A stretch of 64,000 nucleotides of DNA, from NCBI GenBank assembly GCA_963665665.1, contig OY762428.1, forward strand, positions 2,848,001-2,912,000. Reading direction: 5' to 3'. The notes under the pieces were generated by a model that saw only the letters and a list, made by a program, of their open reading frames with translations, was not told the origin of the DNA and searched no databases. Positions 9,685-20,392 of this stretch are shown here, in pieces (positions within the stretch are counted from its first letter, which is position 1; every line of letters starts with the position of its first letter). The position numbers and the translations under genes are program-made. Source of the stretch: Candidatus Kapaibacterium sp. Lineage in GTDB: Bacteria > Bacteroidota > Ignavibacteria > Kapaibacteriales > UBA2268.

Positions 9685-10662
9685 ATGACAAAGTTCCTGG
9701 AAAAAATGCTTGACGATAAGCGGGACAGATTTTATACAATCAATGGAATATTTTTTCATAATATCAGGTTCAGGATCCAATGTGCGCGCAAAGTTGAATC
9801 TGCTGACGATATTAACAGGCTGACCGTAGTAGTGGAGGAAATTGCCCGCAATCTGAATGATATTTCCTGGATAAAAAGAATTCTGCTGAATTATTCACCC
9901 AATGCCAGGGCGGAAGAACTTGACAAACTTGCCTCTCTTGCTTTCAAAATAACCGGAGACAGAAATTTTGTTGTTGCTTTGCTGAGCAGGGCTGCAAAAG
10001 ATATTTCCAGAGTCTCCGGGTTTATCAGGAATGCTATGCTTATAGATATTTACCTGAGCAGCAGCAGAAAGCTTACCGGATATTTGAAAAAAAACGACAG
10101 CCCTGATGTTCCGGCGCGGGACTGGCTGAAATTTGCTTCCTTCATTGAAATATTTCACGACATGAACCTTGAGCCGCAGTATAACAATATAATCGGCCTT
10201 TGTTTCGATAATGCTCGTAAATCGATTGTTGATGATAATAATTTCGATGATCTATGTTTCTTCCTTGAGTCTGCCATAGCCTGCAAGGCGCCATGCAGGG
10301 ATATTATTATCAGCAGATACGTGGACTATATAATTTCAATAACCAACAGCGCTGTCAGGAATAACGATGACAGGCTGCGGCTTCTCAGGATTTTTTCGGA
10401 TATTTTCGATAAAAAGTTTTCAGCCAGCGACAGTGAAGTTTTCCATTACATGGCTAAATATTTATCTACACCAAAGGGCAAATGGGCAAAGCAATACTAC
10501 TTTTATATGTACGATATCCGCTGGTGCGAAGTACTTTTCCGCCGCGCGTTCGGCAGGAAGAATTTCGGCCCTGAGGACGATGGAAATTACAGGATACTTG
10601 CCATGCTCATCCGCGAAATTTTCGGCCCGGAGCAGCCCTGCATTATCGAATATATCCAATAA
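9685..10662 (+). CDS. Helical repeat protein with DxxW repeats (start moved to ATG 9685)
   Basis: LNDISWIKRIL, ITGDRNFVVALL, MYDIRWCEVLF; the longer ORF call overlaps the promoter region. Confidence 0.6.
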   Translation: MTKFLEKMLDDKRDRFYTINGIFFHNIRFRIQCARKVESADDINRLTVVVEEIARNLNDISWIKRILLNYSPNARAEELDKLASLAFKITGDRNFVVALLSRAAKDISRVSGFIRNAMLIDIYLSSSRKLTGYLKKNDSPDVPARDWLKFASFIEIFHDMNLEPQYNNIIGLCFDNARKSIVDDNNFDDLCFFLESAIACKAPCRDIIISRYVDYIISITNSAVRNNDDRLRLLRIFSDIFDKKFSASDSEVFHYMAKYLSTPKGKWAKQYYFYMYDIRWCEVLFRRAFGRKNFGPEDDGNYRILAMLIREIFGPEQPCIIEYIQ

Positions 10663-10814
10663 TTGAATGTTTACGATAAAAAAATCACAAGTGCTTTAAT
10701 TTTGAATTAAGAAACGTTAATGTATAGGAATTAATAAATATATTTTGTAATATTAGGAGGGAATTAAATTCAAAGGAAAAAGAAATATATTATAAATTTG
10801 AAAGGAAATTTATT

Positions 10815-12977
10815 GTGAATTACAGTATTATTCAAGAATTAGTATCTGATTTTCAGAAAAAGTATAAGAAAGAGCCAAACGCTTTATTTAAAGATGACGA
10901 CATATTTTTAGAACAACTCAATGAAATTTTTGAAGAAATACTTGATGAACCATTTGAGAGTATTGAAGATGCTGAAGATTTGTTTTTAATTACAAAAAAT
11001 TATTTTGGAAAAGGAAAAATTAGGGTTATTGTCATTCATACAGATTATTTATTAATCAGATCATTTAAAGAAAAATTTTTAGGTGGTTGGAAGATGCTTG
11101 ATGAAGAAGAATTTGAACCACTTCAAATTGACTGGTTGGATATTAAAGGTATCAAGTATCGTAAGAAGTTAAATGAATTTTGTATCAAATTTAAAAATGA
11201 GAATAATACTTTATGTTTCAATTTAGAATTAATTCTCAATGATAATTTTGATTTAAATTTTACATCGGACCTCTTTTTCTTAATTAAAGATATTGCTAAC
11301 AGAGTAAATGAAAATGATGAGACTTTCGATCAATTAATTGAAAAATACAAGAAAAAAATATCAGAAGAAAAGTATGATGTGGCTTTAAAAATTGTAAATA
11401 ATTTGATTGAAATGAAGCCTGATGATCCACTATTTTACCAATGGAAAGGAGATTGTTTATTAAAAATAACAAAGCTATCAGAATCAATTGATATGTCATT
11501 ACTGGCTTTAAAACTTTTACAAGAAATTAATGGTACTGAATTATCTGATTATAACGAAGATTATCTAAATATATATAATAATTCTAATTATAATATCGGA
11601 CTGGCCTATGATCAACTAGGAGATAAATATAATGGTCTTTGGTATATGAATAAATCGTATCATGCTTGTTTGGACAATAATACCAAAATTTTATGGAAAA
11701 AAGATTTGGATAAAGTATATTCCGATTTTATCCAAAAACTACCGGAAATTGATTATTCAGAAAGAAAATTGATTTTTATCGAAAATGGACTACCTGAATT
11801 TAAGGTCGATACTATACTGCCTTTAGATATATCTAATATGGGATCAATAAAATTTCCTCCATCACATCCCAAAAAAGGTGAACTATATATCGGGCATCCT
11901 TTTAAAAATGATACATATTATCCTGTTGAAGATTATGAAAATCAGTTATTTCAAAGTCAGGTAATGGAACTGAATCATTTGCTTCAATGTCTTGGTGCAA
12001 CAGCTATAAAATCTGAAAATGCAAAAATTGTTACTGACAATGGGGCTGTGTCAATGAGCAGCAATAGTAAATCGAATGGGGAATCAGAACATAGTATGGA
12101 TGGTAAGGCAAAAATTCATGATGTTGACGCATCTACTCAGAATAAATCGAATGTTGAAATCCAAGATGATAAAAAATATTGTAGTTCTTCTGATCAACAA
12201 AAATCTATGACAACAGAGCAGCATTTTAATCCAAAGATTAAGCCATATATACCAGATGATTTAGTTTGGTATCACCACAACGATACATGGCAAAGTTTGG
12301 CAAAACAGAGACTACAGGGAGGCTTATTGATGCATGAAATGACAATTTCCACAAAGAACCTCAGCATAATTAATGAAAATGAAAGAAATAAAATCAATGA
12401 AGATTTCAAAAAGTTAGTAAGTGCAGGGTATTCAAATTTGTTGGTTTCAGGGAAACTTTCGGCTAGTACAAACACACAAACTGAAAGGACAAGTGATGTT
12501 TCATATGCAATTTCTAAAAGTGAACATTTTGAACAAAAAATACAAATTGAATTTGCTCCAATTGATGATTTAACTGAAGAACCGTCAATTTATAAAAAAA
12601 ATGAAATTCAACATGAAAATATACTACAACAAGATTTAACCGAGAATGAAAAAGAATATCAGGAATTAATTGAAGATGCTATCGAAGATGGAGAAATTGA
12701 TGACTCTACAAGAAAATTCTTAGATAAAAGATTAAAACGATTAAATATTACACCGGAAAGAGCAACAGAGATAGAAAATTTAATTTTAAATGCTAATAAT
12801 TATACAGAGGATGAACTTGATTATATCGATATGCTTGAAGATGCGATAGATGATGGAATTATCGATGAAGCAGAAAGAAAATTCTTAGATAAAAGAATGC
12901 AAAGATTAAATATTACTAAAGATAGAGCTTCGGAGATAGAAAGAAAGTTTATACAAAATTTGAACAAAAATTCTTAG
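10815..12977 (+). CDS. TPR-containing protein with S/T-rich central domain and two C-terminal TerB-like helical repeats
   Basis: TPR (YDVALKIVNNLIEMKPDDPLFYQWKG); tandem EDAIEDGEIDDSTRKFLDKR / EDAIDDGIIDEAERKFLDKR. Confidence 0.65.
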   Translation: MNYSIIQELVSDFQKKYKKEPNALFKDDDIFLEQLNEIFEEILDEPFESIEDAEDLFLITKNYFGKGKIRVIVIHTDYLLIRSFKEKFLGGWKMLDEEEFEPLQIDWLDIKGIKYRKKLNEFCIKFKNENNTLCFNLELILNDNFDLNFTSDLFFLIKDIANRVNENDETFDQLIEKYKKKISEEKYDVALKIVNNLIEMKPDDPLFYQWKGDCLLKITKLSESIDMSLLALKLLQEINGTELSDYNEDYLNIYNNSNYNIGLAYDQLGDKYNGLWYMNKSYHACLDNNTKILWKKDLDKVYSDFIQKLPEIDYSERKLIFIENGLPEFKVDTILPLDISNMGSIKFPPSHPKKGELYIGHPFKNDTYYPVEDYENQLFQSQVMELNHLLQCLGATAIKSENAKIVTDNGAVSMSSNSKSNGESEHSMDGKAKIHDVDASTQNKSNVEIQDDKKYCSSSDQQKSMTTEQHFNPKIKPYIPDDLVWYHHNDTWQSLAKQRLQGGLLMHEMTISTKNLSIINENERNKINEDFKKLVSAGYSNLLVSGKLSASTNTQTERTSDVSYAISKSEHFEQKIQIEFAPIDDLTEEPSIYKKNEIQHENILQQDLTENEKEYQELIEDAIEDGEIDDSTRKFLDKRLKRLNITPERATEIENLILNANNYTEDELDYIDMLEDAIDDGIIDEAERKFLDKRMQRLNITKDRASEIERKFIQNLNKNS

Positions 12978-13071
12978 TAAGTATGATTTTTGTTCGCAAA
13001 TTGATTTTTAATTAAGTACTATCCAAAAATTTATACTATCGATTTTAATCGATAGAAAAATTTGTTAAAAA

Positions 13072-13094
13072 CTACCCCGCTTGCAGCGGGGTAG
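13072..13094. terminator. GC-rich hairpin, probable terminator
   Basis: CTACCCCGC-TTGCA-GCGGGGTAG flanked by A and T runs. Confidence 0.55.
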
Positions 13095-13140
13095 CCTTAA
13101 ATTTTTCACCCCACCCCACCACAAAAAGGATCTCAAAACC

Positions 13141-15798
13141 ATGCAACAAATAAACACAGAAAAACAGGAAATATTAAATATTGACGGAAACGTGCTCGTG
13201 GCGGCTAATCCCGGTACTGGGAAAACGCTGCTGCTTGCCCATAAATATCTGTCACTTCTGCAAAAGGGTGTTGCCCCGGAAGATATCCTTTGCCTGACTT
13301 TTACCCAAAAGGCTAAGGACGAGATGGAGGAAAGGATCGTCAATTTAGTTAATGATAATGCTATCCCGGCTGATGTTAATAAAATTTGTGTGCATACTTT
13401 CCATTCCTATGCCGTGGAAAATATCGAGGTGCAGAATCTTGTTCCCCCAACTTTGCTGCGCTACACTATTATCAGGTATCTGAAGCGGAATAAATCGTTC
13501 AACTATGGCGATGATTATATTGCCAATCATATTGTCCCCCTTATTGAAAGGCATATAACTTACCTGAAAACTTTCGGAATACTCCCCGACATGATAGATA
13601 TTGCCAAAGTGCAGTCCCTGATTGAAAGTTACGGCAATTATTCGAAAGAGGTTCTCGACAGCTATGCTGAAATTTTTGTGGATGTATTCCGGGAATACGA
13701 AAAGTTCAAATTTAACAAGGGAATTGATTACGCCGATATGCTTATCATGTTCCATGAACTGAAACACAAGCCCCTGTTCGAGTATGTTCTGATAGATGAG
13801 TTGCAGGACGTAAACCCGCTTGAAGCAAAAATGGCAAGGGATTCCGGCAATGTTTATTTTGCCGTGGGAGATCCCAAGCAGTCCATTATGGGTTTTCAGG
13901 GCGGAACAATTGCCAACTTCGAATATTTTCAGGATTCGCAGCAAAGGGTACTTTCCGAGAATTTCAGGTCCGGCAATGAAATAATAGATTATGCCAGGAC
14001 ATTTTATTCAACATACACACAAAACCATGAGCATACAGAGCAGCTGGAATCCCTGGCTAATAATAATATCGATCCGCTGCCGCTGCCGAAACTTTACAGG
14101 GTGGAAAAAGATAAAGCTTTTTCCCGGGCCTGCGACCTGGCCGGGGAATTATACGCCGACGGAAAGAAAGTAGCCCTTATCGCCCGCACGAATAATCATG
14201 TTTCCCAAATATCCGGTGAATTGGAAAAACGCGGCATCAGTCATTCATCCACATTCTTTGCCGCTTCGGATAAAACCAAAAACATGATCATCGAATTTCT
14301 GAAAACATTCTTCACCAAAGAGCCCGAACAGGTGATAAGTTCATTTTTCACTCCCTTTTCTCCTGTCAGCCTGGAGAAAGCCTCGATAATTTCTGATCAG
14401 TCCGGCCTGACCCTGAATGATATTTTCGAACAGGCCCCCGAGATAGAAAAGCTGATAGAACCGGTAAAAACAATCGAGGATCTGAACGATGTATTTAAAA
14501 AGATTATCCTGCCGGTGTCGATAACTTACGGACGGCAATATTTTGATACTGCTATGGCTATTTACAACACTTTCGAGGAAGCCGTTAAAAATATTAAGTT
14601 CAAAAGCTATGAAAGATTTATCGATTACCTGAATGCCGCTGTAACTGACAATAGCAGCAATGCGCCGGAAAAGCAGATAGTTGTAACCACCATACACAAG
14701 GCAAAGGGCAAGGAATGGGATCACGTGATTTATCTTGGGTCGGAAATTAAAAGCAGGCCTACCTTCCAGGATAAAGTATTCGGGAAAATAATTGAAGCCC
14801 TTGATATTTCAATTGAAGAGGAATTGGAGGAAGAGGAATTGCGCCTTGATTTTGTTGCTTTTACAAGGGCAAAGGAAAGCCTGCATCTTGTTCCCGCAGG
14901 TGCCCGGAATTACAATGTCGGCGATATTGAAAAAGAAAGCAAAGAGGCAGAAACCGCCGAATACGAAACAGTATTCTGCGAGAACATGAAAAGGGCCTAC
15001 ACATTGTTTCTGAACAGGGAATATGATCTTGCTAAGGAAGTATTGAATGATGATTCGAAATGGCTGATACAGCATATCGAAAATCATTTCAAAAATCTGA
15101 AACACCTTTCATTTTCCGCCATAAGCGATAATGCCTTTGAATACCTGAAAGAAAGAATACTGAAGCTGAAATTTTTCTCGAAGGCTCTTTCTCTCGGTTC
15201 CGAGGTGCATGACATAGCCGAGAAAATACTGAACGGCGAAAGCCCTGATTATGATCCGAAGCTACAGCCGTATATCGATAATATCAGAGAAGTGATTGGC
15301 AAAATTTCAGTCCGCTACCCGGAAGTATCCGGCGCTGAGATGAAACTGGATATTAAGCTCAGCGATATTTTCGACATCGATGATGATATTAAGTTTATCG
15401 GTTATATCGATGCTGTTTTCAGAAATGGAGATCAATACCTTTTGCTGGACTGGAAAACAAATATTGCTAAAAGCCAAGAGCACAACAAATATCGCAAGCA
15501 GCTGGAAACCTACAGGCAGGGCTTTGCTTTCCAGATGAATATACCGCTTGAAAATATCCGAACAGCCATAGCCTATATCGGCCTGCGCGAAAGGGTGAAT
15601 ACCGGCCTGGTAAACTATGAACTGGCCTATGACACCAAACCCGGAGCAGTATTCAGCAATTTCACTTCGGTAGTCCGAACACTAACGGAATGGAGAAAAG
15701 ACGTAAACATCTTCTGCCGTGAATTCATCGATCAGAATATCGAAGGCGAATACCTCTGGCGCGCAATAGCAGAGCAATTGCAGAAGGAGATGGGGTAG
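13141..15798 (+). CDS. UvrD/PcrA-family SF1 helicase fused to C-terminal PD-(D/E)xK (RecB/AddA-like) nuclease
   Basis: ANPGTGKT, LTFTQKA, TFHS, LIDELQD, VGDPKQSIMGFQG, ENFRS, TIHKAKGKEW, VAFTRAK; nuclease GYIDAV..LLDWKT..QLETY. Confidence 0.9.
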   Translation: MQQINTEKQEILNIDGNVLVAANPGTGKTLLLAHKYLSLLQKGVAPEDILCLTFTQKAKDEMEERIVNLVNDNAIPADVNKICVHTFHSYAVENIEVQNLVPPTLLRYTIIRYLKRNKSFNYGDDYIANHIVPLIERHITYLKTFGILPDMIDIAKVQSLIESYGNYSKEVLDSYAEIFVDVFREYEKFKFNKGIDYADMLIMFHELKHKPLFEYVLIDELQDVNPLEAKMARDSGNVYFAVGDPKQSIMGFQGGTIANFEYFQDSQQRVLSENFRSGNEIIDYARTFYSTYTQNHEHTEQLESLANNNIDPLPLPKLYRVEKDKAFSRACDLAGELYADGKKVALIARTNNHVSQISGELEKRGISHSSTFFAASDKTKNMIIEFLKTFFTKEPEQVISSFFTPFSPVSLEKASIISDQSGLTLNDIFEQAPEIEKLIEPVKTIEDLNDVFKKIILPVSITYGRQYFDTAMAIYNTFEEAVKNIKFKSYERFIDYLNAAVTDNSSNAPEKQIVVTTIHKAKGKEWDHVIYLGSEIKSRPTFQDKVFGKIIEALDISIEEELEEEELRLDFVAFTRAKESLHLVPAGARNYNVGDIEKESKEAETAEYETVFCENMKRAYTLFLNREYDLAKEVLNDDSKWLIQHIENHFKNLKHLSFSAISDNAFEYLKERILKLKFFSKALSLGSEVHDIAEKILNGESPDYDPKLQPYIDNIREVIGKISVRYPEVSGAEMKLDIKLSDIFDIDDDIKFIGYIDAVFRNGDQYLLLDWKTNIAKSQEHNKYRKQLETYRQGFAFQMNIPLENIRTAIAYIGLRERVNTGLVNYELAYDTKPGAVFSNFTSVVRTLTEWRKDVNIFCREFIDQNIEGEYLWRAIAEQLQKEMG

Positions 15799-16004
15799 AA
15801 ATTACTGTATATGTGCTAGTACAATTAAAGCGAAACTTGGAAGTATAAGAATTTATAGTGATTAAAATAATGAAAAAGTTATACAAATTAAACCATTAAA
15901 TAATTATTGTATTTTTACTATAAAATGAGTAATTTTTAGAATTGTTTGAACGCTTACAATATTTATTGATTTTTTAGTTTTCTACACTTATTATTAATAT
16001 TATT

Positions 16005-17141
16005 ATGAATAATATATCAGATTTAATTGCAAAAGAAACAAGTAGTAAAAACTACAAATCATATAAGTATTGTATCGAAAATATTGAGGTTCCAAAAGTA
16101 CAATATGATGATAAACAAGATATCATTATTAAAAAAATTGGTGAGACAGACAAGGGATTAAAAAAAACAAAATCATTGAGAGAATATGCAAAAAAAATTA
16201 ATGGTAATCCATTATTTAAATACTTCCTTGATGGTTCAAGAAGAACTTATAAAGTTGATGATGTAGCCTTTAACAACAAAATTTATCCTATTATTGCTGG
16301 TCAAATAGGAGTTGGAGTTTGTTATCGTGAGAATAGTGATTTATTTAAAGCTTATAAATTTCTTAATCCATTAGCTATTAGTTTGCCAAGTGTTTTGAAT
16401 TCTGTAAGTAAAAATGATAAATTGTATTTCAACCAATTGTTGGAAAAAATAAATCAATTAAATATTTTAAAAAATCAAAATTTAAAATTTAATAGCATCT
16501 TGCCATATAGGTATAATGCTTCAAAAGAAGATGATAAATATGAAGACAGAGGCGTTGCGAAAATTCAAGATGAAATGATACGATTGGAAAAAATAACAGT
16601 AAAAGAGTTAGTTAGAGAAAAAAAACTTAATAAAAATGCATTTCTAATAAAGGATGGCTCTTTAGAATATGAATGGGATAAAAGCGATTTTAAAAATATT
16701 TCTTCGATTAAATCAAACTACGCAAATGTTGTTGGTGTTTCCAAAGCATTTAATCCAGAATCATTATCATCATATAATAAAAAAATTTCCCAAATAATTG
16801 CTGATCTATCAGAATTCCATAGAACGCCTGCATTTATGTATGAAACAACTCGAATTCCAGATGTAAAATTTGCAGTTTGGTATTTGAGGATAAGAAAAAC
16901 CGTAAATCCATTTGATGGGATTGTAAAAATTGAAAAAATTCTTGTTTGGGATAAAGAAGAAGAAGATGGATTAGATTCAGATGAAATTGATTTAATTAGT
17001 GCAAATATTATCAATGAAAGAAATCCTGTATGCTATGGGAAAGATAATAGATGGGCTAAACACTTATACCCCATATTTTTAACAGAGAATTATATTAAAA
17101 GTAAATATCTAAATGATTTTCATTTTATTAGTTTATTTTAG
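16005..17141 (+). CDS. NurA-like RNase H-fold nuclease
   Basis: FLDGSRR, LIKDGSL, VGVSK, WYLRIR, RWAKHLYPIFLTENYIKS; directly upstream of a HerA-like ATPase. Confidence 0.7.
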   Translation: MNNISDLIAKETSSKNYKSYKYCIENIEVPKVQYDDKQDIIIKKIGETDKGLKKTKSLREYAKKINGNPLFKYFLDGSRRTYKVDDVAFNNKIYPIIAGQIGVGVCYRENSDLFKAYKFLNPLAISLPSVLNSVSKNDKLYFNQLLEKINQLNILKNQNLKFNSILPYRYNASKEDDKYEDRGVAKIQDEMIRLEKITVKELVREKKLNKNAFLIKDGSLEYEWDKSDFKNISSIKSNYANVVGVSKAFNPESLSSYNKKISQIIADLSEFHRTPAFMYETTRIPDVKFAVWYLRIRKTVNPFDGIVKIEKILVWDKEEEDGLDSDEIDLISANIINERNPVCYGKDNRWAKHLYPIFLTENYIKSKYLNDFHFISLF

Positions 17142-17152
17142 AGGGTATTAAT

Positions 17153-18826
17153 ATGAGCAAAATAATCGGGAAAGTGGCGGCGACAGAAAAAGCTCCAACA
17201 ACAATTGATTTTTTTTATTTTTGGACTGATAAAAATAGAATATTGAATCCTTTTGATGTTGTAAAAGTTAAACATATTAATAATTCGACAACTTTTGGAG
17301 TTATTGAAGAAATATCTCATATTACTGACTCTGCTAGCTATTTAAGTTGTTATATATCAAATGATTTTGGTAATGTTGATTTGCAACCAAATTCAAATCG
17401 TATAGGACTAAATTATGTTAAAGCAAAGGTTGTTGGAAATAATGATAATATTTATACACCAGTGTTAAATGGGAGTGATGTAAGTATCGCAGATTCAAAT
17501 GAAATTTTGCAAGCTTTAGGGTTAGATAAAATTAAGAATCCGATGCCTTGTGGATATATTGAAATGTATAGGGGAGAGGATAAAAAAATATTACCTGTAA
17601 ATTTCAACGCACAATTTTTAATTGGGCCTGAAGGTGCACATTTGAATATTTCGGGGATATCAGGTCTTGCAGCAAAAACTTCATATTCTATGTTTTTACT
17701 AAAGGCTATTCAAGAAAAATATGGAAATCAATCTGATGATGATGATATTGATTCCGTTGCATTTGTTGTATTTAATGTAAAGGGAAGGGATCTTTTAGCG
17801 ATTGACGAACCCAATACTAATTTAAGTGAAAAGGATAAAGCAATTTATAAAGATATGATGCAACTTAAAACTAACCCATTTGAAAATGTTACATACTTTT
17901 ACCCATATGCAGAACATTCTACTTCAAAAACATTAAGTTATGGAGAAAAAAATGATATTGAAGCACAAATTGACAACAACAAAGCTTTTAAGTATAAATA
18001 TATATACGAAGAAGATAAGGAAAATTTAGAACTACTTTTTGCAAATGTTGAAGATTCCTCAGGGACAATGGGAGATATTATTAATTTTATTGTTAATGGG
18101 AATGGGAAATTTGGTGATGTTGATAGTTGGAATACATTAATGCAGACTGTTTCTGATTATAAACAATCAGGAAGAAAAGATGGAGATAAAGATATTTCAG
18201 TTCTTAGTTGGAGAAAATTCAGTAGAATAATTAGCAAGTCTTTATCACATTCGATATTTCAAAAAAGTATTGTTTCTGGAAAAAATGAACAAAGACTAAA
18301 AGATGCTGTTTCAAATATTAAGAAAAATGAAGTTCAAGTCATTGATATTGCAAAATTAGATGAGGATACTCAAGCTTTTGTTTTTGGTGATGTTGTAAGA
18401 TCTATTTATGACTTAAAGTTAGGGCAAGACAACAGAGATGAAAATGATATACCTTCGAGAATTATTATTTTTATAGATGAATTGAATAAATATGCATCGA
18501 AAGATGTTCCAAAAAATTCACCTATTTTGAGACAAATTTTGGATATTGCAGAAAGAGGCCGTTCTTTAGGGATTATCTTGTTTTCAGTTGAGCAATTTAA
18601 AAGTGCTATTCACGATAGAGTTAAAGGTAACTGTGCTACTAATGCTTTTGGTAGAACAAATGCAATTGAAATTTCAAAAAGTGATTATCATTTTGTTCCT
18701 CAGGTTTATAAAAATATGATGACAAGATTATCTCCCGGTGAATATATTTTAGAGCATCCGGTATTTCGCTCATTATTGAATATAAAATTTCCACTTCCTT
18801 TATATAAACAATTTCCAAATGGTTAA
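17153..18826 (+). CDS. HerA/FtsK-family ATPase (bacterial HerA clade)
   Basis: N-terminal HAS-barrel-like region; HLNISGISGLAAKTSY (variant Walker A), FNVKGRDL, IFIDELNKY, ERGRSLGIILFSVEQ. Confidence 0.85.
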   Translation: MSKIIGKVAATEKAPTTIDFFYFWTDKNRILNPFDVVKVKHINNSTTFGVIEEISHITDSASYLSCYISNDFGNVDLQPNSNRIGLNYVKAKVVGNNDNIYTPVLNGSDVSIADSNEILQALGLDKIKNPMPCGYIEMYRGEDKKILPVNFNAQFLIGPEGAHLNISGISGLAAKTSYSMFLLKAIQEKYGNQSDDDDIDSVAFVVFNVKGRDLLAIDEPNTNLSEKDKAIYKDMMQLKTNPFENVTYFYPYAEHSTSKTLSYGEKNDIEAQIDNNKAFKYKYIYEEDKENLELLFANVEDSSGTMGDIINFIVNGNGKFGDVDSWNTLMQTVSDYKQSGRKDGDKDISVLSWRKFSRIISKSLSHSIFQKSIVSGKNEQRLKDAVSNIKKNEVQVIDIAKLDEDTQAFVFGDVVRSIYDLKLGQDNRDENDIPSRIIIFIDELNKYASKDVPKNSPILRQILDIAERGRSLGIILFSVEQFKSAIHDRVKGNCATNAFGRTNAIEISKSDYHFVPQVYKNMMTRLSPGEYILEHPVFRSLLNIKFPLPLYKQFPNG

Positions 18827-18832
18827 TAGAAT

Positions 18833-20392
18833 ATGATTGAAGAAACAAACAAAACTAGAATTGGTAAAGATGTAATTGAGTCTTTAACATTAGCTATGTA
18901 TGATGATCCGATGTTCATTTACAGAGAGTATATTCAAAATGCCGCTGATCAAATAGATATAGCTTTGGAAGAAGGGATGATTTCATCAAAGGAAGAATGC
19001 AGGATTGAAATAAAAATTGATAAACCTGGTAAAATAATTACAATTTCTGACAATGCTACAGGTGTTCAAAAAGAAAATGTGTTATCAGTATTAAAAAGTA
19101 TCGCACAAGGTGTTAAAGATAGAACAAAGCATAAAGGGTTCAGAGGAATTGGTCGTCTTGGGGGATTGGCATACTGTGATAAATTGATTTTTGAGACAAG
19201 TTTTAAAGGTGAAAATGTTAAATCTATTCTTATATGGAATGCAAAAGAATTAAAGCAAATAATTAATGATAGGACTAAAATTGAGGATGCGACAGAAGTT
19301 ATTGATTTAATTACTGATCATGATTTTAAAGAAGAAAATGAGGATAAAAGATATTTTAAGGTAATATTAAAAAACGTAACAAACGATATACTTTTAAATC
19401 ACGAAGAAGTATACAATTACTTATCAATGGTTGCGCCTGTTCCTTATAATAAGGGATTTTTCTTTCAGGAAAAAATTTATGCCAGAGCTAAAGAATATCA
19501 TTTTCCTATAGATGAATATAATTTGTATATCAATAATAATCAAGTATTTAAAGAATATACGACTACGATTTATGAAGGAGAAAAGCATAATAAAAAGAGA
19601 AGTGATGATGAAATTTTTGACATAGATTTTTTTGATATAAAAAATAAATTCGAAGAAATTTTGTGTTGGGGATGGTATAGTGTTTCCACTTTAAAAAAGC
19701 AGATGCCTCCAGTTAATATTGCTAGAGGAATTCGATTAAGAAAAGGTAATATCCAAATAGGTAATGAGAAACAACTAGTAAAACTATTTAAAGAACCTAG
19801 GGGTTCATTCTATTTTTTTGGAGAAGTTCATGCTACTAGTTCTGATTTAATTCCTAATGCAAGAAGAGATTATTTTACTGAAAATAAAATTTTTAAAATT
19901 TTTGAAAAAGGACTCGAATCAAAATTTAGGGAATTACATGAATTATATCATTTCTCGTCAAGTACAAGAAGTGAGAAGAAAAAAATTGATAACCTAATTA
20001 CCTTTACAGAAGAATTTAACAAAAAAGTAGAAAAGGGGTTTACAAGGCCACAGGAGAAGGAAGAATATGAAGATAAATTAAAAAAATACAAAGAGGATGC
20101 AGAAAAAGCAAGTATCAAAATTGAAAAAATCAAGAATAATGTCGCTAGTGATAAAACTAAAAAAAAGATTGTTGAAAAAATTGCAGCTGATATTAAAGTT
20201 CGTACACCAGAAACAAACAAGATAACAAATAAAAAACCAAAATTATTAACAGATAATCTCCAAAAACTCAATAGGCACGATAGAAAATTAGTTGGTAAAA
20301 TATTGTCAATTATCGATAATATTTTAAAAAAGGATTTGTCTGATAATGTTAAACAAAAAATTATTGAAGAACTTAATAAATCGAAAAATTGA
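18833..20392 (+). CDS. GHKL (Hsp90/MORC-like) ATPase with coiled-coil tail
   Basis: YREYIQNAAD (N-box), ISDNATG (G1), GFRGIGRLGG (G2), IPNARRDYF (S5-like). Confidence 0.85.
   Translation: MIEETNKTRIGKDVIESLTLAMYDDPMFIYREYIQNAADQIDIALEEGMISSKEECRIEIKIDKPGKIITISDNATGVQKENVLSVLKSIAQGVKDRTKHKGFRGIGRLGGLAYCDKLIFETSFKGENVKSILIWNAKELKQIINDRTKIEDATEVIDLITDHDFKEENEDKRYFKVILKNVTNDILLNHEEVYNYLSMVAPVPYNKGFFFQEKIYARAKEYHFPIDEYNLYINNNQVFKEYTTTIYEGEKHNKKRSDDEIFDIDFFDIKNKFEEILCWGWYSVSTLKKQMPPVNIARGIRLRKGNIQIGNEKQLVKLFKEPRGSFYFFGEVHATSSDLIPNARRDYFTENKIFKIFEKGLESKFRELHELYHFSSSTRSEKKKIDNLITFTEEFNKKVEKGFTRPQEKEEYEDKLKKYKEDAEKASIKIEKIKNNVASDKTKKKIVEKIAADIKVRTPETNKITNKKPKLLTDNLQKLNRHDRKLVGKILSIIDNILKKDLSDNVKQKIIEELNKSKN

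Noticed and set aside
13036-13055. Palindrome CTATCGATT-TT-AATCGATAG as a sixth WYL box
   Set aside because: Does not fit the GACA-N5-TGAC pattern; may be an unrelated operator but has no support
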